From: Balanoglossus misakiensis
Lineage: Eukaryota > Animalia > Hemichordata
Length of the DNA stretch: 64,000 nt
Direction: 5' to 3'
Assembly: GCA_040954595.2 (NCBI GenBank)
Contig: CM082584.2
Span: forward strand, 10,504,452 to 10,568,451
Under the pieces are notes generated by a model, which saw only the letters and a list, made by a program, of their open reading frames with translations, was not told where the DNA came from and searched no databases. The translations under genes and the position numbers were made by a program. This document shows, in pieces, positions 35,545 through 47,500 of this stretch. Numbering within the stretch: the stretch's first letter is position 1; each line of letters opens with the position of its first letter.

Positions 35545-38500
35545 AAATTTTGAGATTCCGCAAAGTCGAAAAATTCTCATTTTTGGATGATTTTCATGAG
35601 CTATAACCCATGATTTTTTCGAAAATCGGCCAAATTTTGAAATTCCGCAAAGTCGAAAAATTCTCATTTTTGGATGATTTTCATGAGCTATAACCCATGA
35701 TTTTTTTCAAAAATCGGCCAAATTTTCAAATTCCGCAAAGTCGAAAAATTCTCATTTTTGGATGATTTTCATGAGCTATAACCCATGATATTTACAAAAA
35801 TCGGCCAAATTTTGAAATTCCGCAAAGTCGAAAAATTCTCATTTTTGGATGATTTTCATGAGCTATAACCCATGATTTTTTCAAAAATCGGCCAAATTTT
35901 GAAATTCCGCAAAGTCGAAAAATTCTCATTTTTGGATGATTTTCATGAGCTATAACCCATGATTTTTTCAAATATCGGCCAAATTTTGAAATTCCGCAAA
36001 GTCGAAAAATTCTCATTTTTGGATGATTTTCATGAGCTATAACCCATGATTTTTTCAAAAATCAGCCAAATTTTGAAATTCCGCAAAGTCGAAAAATTCT
36101 CATTTTTGGATGATTTTCATGAGCTATAACCCATGATTTTTTCAAAAATCGGCCAAATTTTGACATTCCGCAAAGTCGAAAAATTCTCATTTTTGGATGA
36201 TTTTCATAAGCTATAACCCATGATTTTTTCGAAAATCGGCCAAATTTTGAAATTCCGCAAAGTCGAAAAATTCTCATTTTTGGATGATTTTCATGAGCTA
36301 TAACCCATGATTTTTTCGAAAATTGGCCAAATTTTGCAATTCCGCAAAGTCGAAAAATTCTCATTTTTGGATGATTTTCCTGAGCTATAACCCATGGTTT
36401 TTTCAAAAAATGACCAAATTTTGAAAATTCGCAAATTCGAAAAATCGTCGATTTTTCAACATTTTCCTGAGCTATAACCCATGGTTTTTTCAAAAAATGA
36501 CCAAATTTTCAAAATTCGCAAAGTCGAAAAATCGTCGATTTTCCAACATTTTCCTGAGCTATAACCCATGGTTTTTTCAAAAAATGACCAAATTTTGAAA
36601 TTCCGCAAAGTCGAAAAATTCTCATTTTTGGATGATTTTCGTGAGCTATAACCCATGATTTTTTCAAAAATCGGCCAAATTTTGAAATTCCGCAAAGTCG
36701 AAAAATTCTCATTTTTGGATGATTTTCGTGAGCTATAACCCATGATTTTTTCAAAAATCGGCCAAATTTTGAAATTCCGCAAAGTCGAATAATTCTCATT
36801 TTTGGATGTATTTCTTGAGCTATAACCCATGATTTTTTCAAAAATCGGCCAAATTTTGAAATTCCGCAAAGTCGAAAAATTCTCATTTTTGGATGATTTT
36901 CCTGAGCTATAACCCATGGTTTTTTCAAAAAATGACCAAATTTTGCAAATTCGCAAATTCGAAAAATCGTCGATTTTTCAACATTTTCCTGAGCTATAAC
37001 CCATGGTTTTTTCAAAAAATGACCAAATTTTCAAAATTCGCAAAGTCGAAAAATCGTCGATTTTTCAACATTTTCCTGAGCTATAACCCATGGTTTTTTC
37101 AAAAAATGACCAAATTTTCAAAATTCGCAAAGTCGAAAAATCGTCGATTTTTCAACATTTTCCTGAGCTATAACCCATGGTTTTTTCAAAAAATGACCAA
37201 ATTTTCAAAATTCGCAAAGTCGAAAAATCGTCGATTTTTCAACATTTTCCTGAGCTATAACCCATGGTTTTTTCAAAAAATGACAAAATTTTCAAAATTC
37301 GCAAAGTCGAAAAATCGTCGATTTTTCAACATTTTCCTGAGCTATAACCCATGGTTTTTTCAAAAAATGACCAAATTTTTTGAAAATTCGCAAATTCGAA
37401 AAATCGTCGATTTTTCAACATTTTCCTGAGCTATAACCCATGGTTTTTTCAAAAAATGACCAAATTTTGAAATTCCGCAAAGTCGAAAAATCGTCGATTT
37501 TTCAACATTTTCCTGAGCTATAACCCATGGTTTTTTCAAAAAATGACCAAATTTTCAAAATTCGCAAAGTCGAAAAATCGTCGATTTTTCAACATTTTCC
37601 TGAGCTATAACCCATGGTTTTTTCAAAAAATGACCAAATTTTTTGAAAATTCGCAAATTCGAAAAATCGTCGATTTTTCAACATTTTCCTGAGCTATAAC
37701 CCATGGTTTTTTCAAAAAATGACCAAATTTTGAAAATTCGCAAAGTCGAAAAATCGTCGATTTTTCAACATTTTCCTGAGCTATAACCCATGGTTTTTTC
37801 AAAAAATGACCAAATTTTGAAATTCCGCAAAGTCGAAAAATTCTCATTTTTGGATGATTTTCGTGAGCTATAACCCATGATTTTTTCAAAAATCGGCCAA
37901 ATTTTGAAATTCCGCAAAGTCGAAAAATTCTCATTTTTGGATGACTTTCGTGAGCTATAACCCATGATTTTTTCAAAAATCGGCTAAATTTTGAAATTCC
38001 GCAAAGTCGAAAAATTCTCATTTTTGGATGATTTTCCTGAGCTATAACCCATGGTTTTTTCAAAAAATGACCAAATTTTGCAAATTCGCAAATTCGAAAA
38101 ATCGTCGATTTTTCAACATTTTCCTGAGCTATAACCCATGGTTTTTTCAAAAAATGACCAAATTTTCAAAATTCGCAAAGTCGAAAAATCGTCGATTTTT
38201 CAACATTTTCCTGAGCTATAACCCATGGTTTTTTCAAAAAATGACCAAATTTTCAAAATTCGCAAAGTCGAAAAATCGTCGATTTTTCAACATTTTCCTG
38301 AGCTATAACCCATGGTTTTTTCAAAAAATGACCAAATTTTGAAATTCCGCAAAGTCGAAAAATTCTCATTTTTGGATGATTTTCGTGAGCTATAACCCAT
38401 GATTTTTTCAAAAATCGGCCAAATTTTGAAATTCCGCAAAGTCGAAAAATTCTCATTTTTGGATGATTTTCGTGAGCTATAACCCATGATTTTTTCAAAA

Positions 38501-41500
38501 ATCGGCCAAATTTTGAAATTCCGCAAAGTCGAAAAATTCTCATTTTTGGATGTATTTCTTGAGCTATAACCCATGATTTTTTCAAAAATCGGCCAAATTT
38601 TGAAATTCCGCAAAGTCGAAAAATTCTCATTTTTGGATGAATTTCCTGAGCTATAACCCATGGTTTTTTCAAAAAATGACCAAATTTTCAAAATTCGCAA
38701 AGTCGAAAAATCGTCGATTTTTCAACATTTTCCTGAGCTATAACCCATGGTTTTTTCAAAAAATGACCAAATTTTGAAAATTCCCAAAGTCGAAAAATCG
38801 TCGATTTTTCAACATTTTCCTGAGCTATAACCCATGGTTTTTTCAAAAAATGACCAAATTTTCAAAATTCGCAAAGTCGAAAAATCGTCGATTTTTCAAC
38901 ATTTTCCTGAGCTATAACCCATGGTTTTTTCAAAAAATGACCAAATTTTCAAAATTCGCAAAGTCGAAAAATCGTCGATTTTTCAACATTTTCCTGAGCT
39001 ATAACCCATGGTTTTTTCAAAAAATGACCAAATTTTCAAAATTCGCAAAGTCGAAAAATCGTCGATTTTTCAACATTTTCCTGAGCTATAACCCATGGTT
39101 TTTTCAAAAAATGACCAAATTTTCAAAATTCGCAAAGTCGAAAAATCGTCGATTTTTCAACATTTTCCTGAGCTATAACCCATGGTTTTTTCAAAAAATG
39201 ACCAAATTTTGAAAATTCGCAAAGTCGAAAAATCGTCGATTTTTCAACATTTTCCTGAGCTATAACCCATGGTTTTTTCAAAAAATGACCAAATTTTCAA
39301 AATTCGCAAAGTCGAAAAATCGTCGATTTTTCAACATTTTCCTGAGCTATAACCCATGGTTTTTTCAAAAAATGACCAAATTTTCAAAATTCGCAAAGTC
39401 GAAAAATCGTCGATTTTTCAACATTTTCCTGAGCTATAACCCATGGTTTTTTCAAAAAATGACCAAATTTTCAAAATTCGCAAAGTCGAAAAATCGTCGA
39501 TTTTTCAACATTTTCCTGAGCTATAACCCATGGTTTTTTCAAAAAATGACCAAATTTTCAAAATTCGCAAAGTCGAAAAATCGTCGATTTTTCAACATTT
39601 TCCTGAGCTATAACCCATGGTTTTTTCAAAAAATGACCAAATTTTCAAAATTCGCAAAGTCGAAAAATAGTCGATTTTTCAACATTTTCCTGAGCTATAA
39701 CCCATGGTTTTTTCAAAAAATGACCAAATTTTCAAAATTCGCAAAGTCGAAAAATCGTCGATTTTTCAACATTTTCCTGAGCTATAACCCATGGTTTTTT
39801 CAAAAAATGACCAAATTTTCAAAATTCGCAAAGTCGAAAAATCGTCGATTTTTCAACATTTTCCTGAGCTATAACCCATGGTTTTTTTCAAAAAATGACC
39901 AAATTTTCAAAATTCGCAAAGTCGAAAAATCGTCGATTTTTCAACATTTTCCTGAGCTATAACCCATGGTTTTTTCAAAAAATGACCAAATTTTCAAAAT
40001 TCGCAAAGTCGGAAAATCGTCGATTTTTCAACATTTTCCTGAGCTATAACCCATGGTTTTTTCAAAAAATGACCAAATTTTGAAAATTCGCAAAGTCGAA
40101 AAATCGTCGATTTTTCAACATTTTCCTGAGCTATAACCCATGATTTTTTCAAAAATCAGCCAAATTTTGAAATTCCGCAAAGTCGAAAAATTCTCATTTT
40201 TGGATGATTTTCATGAGCTATAACCCATGATTTTTTCAAAAATCGGCCAAATTTTGACATTCCGCAAAGTCGAAAAATTCTCATTTTTGGATGATTTTCA
40301 TAAGCTATAACCCATGATTTTTTCGAAAATCGGCCAAATTTTGAAATTCCGCAAAGTCGAAAAATTCTCATTTTTGGATGATTTTCATGAGCTATAACCC
40401 ATGATTTTTTCGAAAATTGGCCAAATTTTGCAATTCCGCAAAGTCGAAAAATTCTCATTTTTGGATGATTTTCCTGAGCTATAACCCATGGTTTTTTCAA
40501 AAAATGACCAAATTTTGAAAATTCGCAAATTCGAAAAATCGTCGATTTTTCAACATTTTCCTGAGCTATAACCCATGGTTTTTTCAAAAAATGACCAAAT
40601 TTTCAAAATTCGCAAAGTCGAAAAATCGTCGATTTTTCAACATTTTCCTGAGCTATAACCCATGGTTTTTTCAAAAAATGACCAAATTTTCAAAATTCGC
40701 AAAGTCGAAAAATCGTCGATTTTTCAACATTTTCCTGAGCTATAACCCATGGTTTTTTCAAAAAATGACCAAATTTTCAAAATTCGCAAAGTCGAAAAAT
40801 CGTCGATTTTTCAACATTTTCCTGAGCTATAACCCATGGTTTTTTCAAAAAATGACCAAATTTTCAAAATTCGCAAAGTCGAAAAATCGTCGATTTTTCA
40901 ACATTTTCCTGAGCTATAACCCATGGTTTTTTCAAAAAATGACCAAATTTTCAAAATTCGCAAAGTCGAAAAATCGTCGATTTTTCAACATTTTCCTGAG
41001 CTATAACCCATGGTTTTTTCAAAAAATGACCAAATTTTCAAAATTCGCAAAGTCGAAAAATCATCGATTTTTCAACATTTTCCTGAGCTATAACCCATGG
41101 TTTTTTCAAAAAATGACCAAATTTTCAAAATTCGCAAAGTCGAAAAATCGTCGATTTTTCAACATTTTCCTGAGCTATAACCCATGGTTTTTTCAAAAAA
41201 TGACCAAATTTTCAAAATTCGCAAAGTCGAAAAATCGTCGATTTTTCAACATTTTCCTGAGCTATAACCCATGGTTTTTTCAAAAAATGACCAAATTTTC
41301 AAAATTCGCAAAGTCGAAAAATCGTCGATTTTTCAACATTTTCCTGAGCTATAACCCATGGTTTTTTCAAAAAATGACCAAATTTTCAAAATTCGCAAAG
41401 TCGAAAAATCGTCGATTTTTCAACATTTTCCTGAGCTATAACCCATGGTTTTTTCAAAAAATGACCAAATTTTCAAAATTCGCAAAGTCGAAAAATCGTC

Positions 41501-44500
41501 GATTTTTCAACATTTTCCTGAGCTATAACCCATGGTTTTTTCAAAAAATGACCAAATTTTCAAAATTCGCAAAGTCGAAAAATCATCGATTTTTCAACAT
41601 TTTCCTGAGCTATAACCCATGGTTTTTTCAAAAAATGACCAAATTTTCAAAATTCGCAAAGTCGAAAAATCGTCGATTTTTCAACATTTTCCTGAGCTAT
41701 AACCCATGGTTTTTTCAAAAAATGACCAAATTTCCAAAATTCGCAAAGTCGAAAAATCGTCGATTTTTCAACATTTTCCTGAGCTATAACCCATGGTTTT
41801 TTCAAAAAATGACCAAATTTTCAAAATTCGCAAAGTCGAAAAATCGTCGATTTTTCAACATTTTCCTGAGCTATAACCCATGGTTTTTTCAAAAAATGAC
41901 CAAATTTTCAAAATTCGCAAAGTCGAAAAATCGTCGATTTTTCAACATTTTCCTGAGCTATAACCCATGGTTTTTTCAAAAAATGACAAAATTTTCAAAA
42001 TTCGCAAAGTCGAAAAATCGTCGATTTTTCAACATTTTCCTGAGCTATAACCCATGGTTTTTTCAAAAAATGACCAAATTTTTTGAAAATTCGCAAATTC
42101 GAAAAATCGTCGATTTTTCAACATTTTCCTGAGCTATAACCCATGGTTTTTTCAAAAAATGACCAAATTTTGAAATTCCGCAAAGTCGAAAAATCGTCGA
42201 TTTTTCAACATTTTCCTGAGCTATAACCCATGGTTTTTTCAAAAAATGACCAAATTTTCAAAATTCGCAAAGTCGAAAAATCGTCGATTTTTCAACATTT
42301 TCCTGAGCTATAACCCATGGTTTTTTCAAAAAATGACCAAATTTTTTGAAAATTCGCAAATTCGAAAAATCGTCGATTTTTCAACATTTTCCTGAGCTAT
42401 AACCCATGGTTTTTTCAAAAAATGACCAAATTTTGAAAATTCGCAAAGTCGAAAAATCGTCGATTTTTCAACATTTTCCTGAGCTATAACCCATGGTTTT
42501 TTCAAAAAATGACCAAATTTTGAAATTCCGCAAAGTCGAAAAATTCTCATTTTTGGATGATTTTCGTGAGCTATAACCCATGATTTTTTCAAAAATCGGC
42601 CAAATTTTGAAATTCCGCAAAGTCGAAAAATTCTCATTTTTGGATGACTTTCGTGAGCTATAACCCATGATTTTTTCAAAAATCGGCTAAATTTTGAAAT
42701 TCCGCAAAGTCGAAAAATTCTCATTTTTGGATGATTTTCCTGAGCTATAACCCATGGTTTTTTCAAAAAATGACCAAATTTTGCAAATTCGCAAATTCGA
42801 AAAATCGTCGATTTTTCAACATTTTCCTGAGCTATAACCCATGGTTTTTTCAAAAAATGACCAAATTTTCAAAATTCGCAAAGTCGAAAAATCGTCGATT
42901 TTTCAACATTTTCCTGAGCTATAACCCATGGTTTTTTCAAAAAATGACCAAATTTTCAAAATTCGCAAAGTCGAAAAATCGTCGATTTTTCAACATTTTC
43001 CTGAGCTATAACCCATGGTTTTTTCAAAAAATGACCAAATTTTGAAATTCCGCAAAGTCGAAAAATTCTCATTTTTGGATGATTTTCGTGAGCTATAACC
43101 CATGATTTTTTCAAAAATCGGCCAAATTTTGAAATTCCGCAAAGTCGAAAAATTCTCATTTTTGGATGATTTTCGTGAGCTATAACCCATGATTTTTTCA
43201 AAAATCGGCCAAATTTTGAAATTCCGCAAAGTCGAAAAATTCTCATTTTTGGATGTATTTCTTGAGCTATAACCCATGATTTTTTCAAAAATCGGCCAAA
43301 TTTTGAAATTCCGCAAAGTCGAAAAATTCTCATTTTTGGATGAATTTCATGAGCTATAACCCATGGTTTTTTCAAAAAATGACCAAATTTTCAAAATTCG
43401 CAAAGTCGAAAAATCGTCGATTTTTCAACATTTTCCTGAGCTATAACCCATGGTTTTTTCAAAAAATGACCAAATTTTGAAAATTCCCAAAGTCGAAAAA
43501 TCGTCGATTTTTCAACATTTTCCTGAGCTATAACCCATGGTTTTTTCAAAAAATGACCAAATTTTCAAAATTCGCAAAGTCGAAAAATCGTCGATTTTTC
43601 AACATTTTCCTGAGCTATAACCCATGGTTTTTTCAAAAAATGACCAAATTTTCAAAATTCGCAAAGTCGAAAAATCGTCGATTTTTCAACATTTTCCTGA
43701 GCTATAACCCATGGTTTTTTCAAAAAATGACCAAATTTTCAAAATTCGCAAAGTCGAAAAATCGTCGATTTTTCAACATTTTCCTGAGCTATAACCCATG
43801 GTTTTTTCAAAAAATGACCAAATTTTCAAAATTCGCAAAGTCGAAAAATCGTCGATTTTTCAACATTTTCCTGAGCTATAACCCATGGTTTTTTCAAAAA
43901 ATGACCAAATTTTCAAAATTCGCAAAGTCGAAAAATCGTCGATTTTTCAACATTTTCCTGAGCTATAACCCATGGTTTTTTCAAAAAATGACCAAATTTT
44001 CAAAATTCGCAAAGTCGAAAAATCGTCGATTTTTCAACATTTTCCTGAGCTATAACCCATGGTTTTTTCAAAAAATGACCAAATTTTCAAAATTCGCAAA
44101 GTCGAAAAATCGTCGATTTTTCAACATTTTCCTGAGCTATAACCCATGGTTTTTTCAAAAAATGACCAAATTTTCAAAATTCGCAAAGTCGAAAAATCGT
44201 CGATTTTTCAACATTTTCCTGAGCTATAACCCATGGTTTTTTCAAAAAATGACCAAATTTTCAAAATTCGCAAAGTCGAAAAATCGTCGATTTTTCAACA
44301 TTTTCCTGAGCTATAACCCATGGTTTTTTCAAAAAATGACCAAATTTTCAAAATTCGCAAAGTCGAAAAATCGTCGATTTTTCAACATTTTCCTGAGCTA
44401 TAACCCATGGTTTTTTCAAAAAATGACCAAATTTTCAAAATTCGCAAAGTCGAAAAATAGTCGATTTTTCAACATTTTCCTGAGCTATAACCCATGGTTT

Positions 44501-47500
44501 TTTCAAAAAATGACCAAATTTTCAAAATTCGCAAAGTCGAAAAATCGTCGATTTTTCAACATTTTCCTGAGCTATAACCCATGGTTTTTTCAAAAAATGA
44601 CCAAATTTTGAAATTCCGCAAAGTCGAAAAATTCTCATTTTTGGATGATTTTCGTGAGCTATAACCCATGATTTTTTCAAAAATCGGCCAAATTTTGAAA
44701 TTCCGCAAAGTCGAAAAATTCTCATTTTTGGATGATTTTCGTGAGCTATAACCCATGATTTTTTCAAAAATCGGCCAAATTTTGAAATTCCGCAAAGTCG
44801 AAAAATTCTCATTTTTGGATGTATTTCTTGAGCTATAACCCATGATTTTTTCAAAAATCGGCCAAATTTTGAAATTCCGCAAAGTCGAAAAATTCTCATT
44901 TTTGGATGAATTTCATGAGCTATAACCCATGGTTTTTTCAAAAAATGACCAAATTTTCAAAATTCGCAAAGTCGAAAAATCGTCGATTTTTCAACATTTT
45001 CCTGAGCTATAACCCATGGTTTTTTCAAAAAATGACCAAATTTTGAAAATTCCCAAAGTCGAAAAATCGTCGATTTTTCAACATTTTCCTGAGCTATAAC
45101 CCATGGTTTTTTCAAAAAATGACCAAATTTTCAAAATTCGCAAAGTCGAAAAATCGTCGATTTTTCAACATTTTCCTGAGCTATAACCCATGGTTTTTTC
45201 AAAAAATGACCAAATTTTCAAAATTCGCAAAGTCGAAAAATCGTCGATTTTTCAACATTTTCCTGAGCTATAACCCATGGTTTTTTCAAAAAATGACCAA
45301 ATTTTCAAAATTCGCAAAGTCGAAAAATCGTCGATTTTTCAACATTTTCCTGAGCTATAACCCATGGTTTTTTCAAAAAATGACCAAATTTTCAAAATTC
45401 GCAAAGTCGAAAAATCGTCGATTTTTCAACATTTTCCTGAGCTATAACCCATGGTTTTTTCAAAAAATGACCAAATTTTCAAAATTCGCAAAGTCGAAAA
45501 ATCGTCGATTTTTCAACATTTTCCTGAGCTATAACCCATGGTTTTTTCAAAAAATGACCAAATTTTCAAAATTCGCAAAGTCGAAAAATCGTCGATTTTT
45601 CAACATTTTCCTGAGCTATAACCCATGGTTTTTTCAAAAAATGACCAAATTTTCAAAATTCGCAAAGTCGAAAAATCGTCGATTTTTCAACATTTTCCTG
45701 AGCTATAACCCATGGTTTTTTCAAAAAATGACCAAATTTTCAAAATTCGCAAAGTCGAAAAATCGTCGATTTTTCAACATTTTCCTGAGCTATAACCCAT
45801 GGTTTTTTCAAAAAATGACCAAATTTTCAAAATTCGCAAAGTCGAAAAATCGTCGATTTTTCAACATTTTCCTGAGCTATAACCCATGGTTTTTTCAAAA
45901 AATGACCAAATTTTCAAAATTCGCAAAGTCGAAAAATCGTCGATTTTTCAACATTTTCCTGAGCTATAACCCATGGTTTTTTCAAAAAATGACCAAATTT
46001 TCAAAATTCGCAAAGTCGAAAAATAGTCGATTTTTCAACATTTTCCTGAGCTATAACCCATGGTTTTTTCAAAAAATGACCAAATTTTCAAAATTCGCAA
46101 AGTCGAAAAATCGTCGATTTTTCAACATTTTCCTGAGCTATAACCCATGGTTTTTTCAAAAAATGACCAAATTTTCAAAATTCGCAAAGTCGAAAAATCG
46201 TCGATTTTTCAACATTTTCCTGAGCTATAACCCATGGTTTTTTCAAAAAATGACCAAATTTTCAAAATTCGCAAAGTCGAAAAATCGTCGATTTTTCAAC
46301 ATTTTCCTGAGCTATAACCCATGGTTTTTTTCAAAAAATGACCAAATTTTCAAAATTCGCAAAGTCGAAAAATCGTCGATTTTTCAACATTTTCCTGAGC
46401 TATAACCCATGGTTTTTTCAAAAAATGACCAAATTTTCAAAATTCGCAAAGTCGGAAAATCGTCGATTTTTCAACATTTTCCTGAGCTATAACCCATGGT
46501 TTTTTCAAAAAATGACCAAATTTTGAAAATTCGCAAAGTCGAAAAATCGTCGATTTTTCAACATTTTCCTGAGCTATAACCCATGGTTTTTTCAAAAAAT
46601 GACCAAATTTTGAAAATTCTGAAAGTCGAAAAATCGTCGATTTTTCAACATTTTCCTGAGCTATAACCCATGGTTTTTTCAAAAAATGACCAAATTTTCA
46701 AAATTCGCAAAGTCGAAAAATCGTCGATTTTTCAACATTTTCCTGAGCTATAACCCATGGTTTTTTCAAAAAATGACCAAATTTTCAAAATTCGCAAAGT
46801 CGAAAAATCGTCGATTTTTCAACATTTTCCTGAGCTATAACCCATGGTTTTTTCAAAAAATGACCAAATTTTCAAAATTCGCAAAGTCGAAAAATCGTCG
46901 ATTTTTCAACATTTTCCTGAGCTATAACCCATGGTTTTTTCAAAAAATGACCAAATTTTCAAAATTCGCAAAGTCGAAAAATCGTCGATTTTTCAACATT
47001 TTCCTGAGCTATAACCCATGGTTTTTTCAAAAAATGACCAAATTTTCAAAATTCGCAAAGTCGAAAAATCATCGATTTTTCAACATTTTCCTGAGCTATA
47101 ACCCATGGTTTTTTCAAAAAATGACCAAATTTTCAAAATTCGCAAAGTCGAAAAATCGTCGATTTTTCAACATTTTCCTGAGCTATAACCCATGGTTTTT
47201 TCAAAAAATGACCAAATTTTCAAAATTCGCAAAGTCGAAAAATCGTCGATTTTTCAACATTTTCCTGAGCTATAACCCATGGTTTTTTCAAAAAATGACC
47301 AAATTTTCAAAATTCGCAAAGTCGAAAAATCGTCGATTTTTCAACATTTTCCTGAGCTATAACCCATGGTTTTTTCAAAAAATGACCAAATTTTCAAAAT
47401 TCGCAAAGTCGAAAAATCGTCGATTTTTCAACATTTTCCTGAGCTATAACCCATGGTTTTTTCAAAAAATGACCAAATTTTCAAAATTCGCAAAGTCGAA

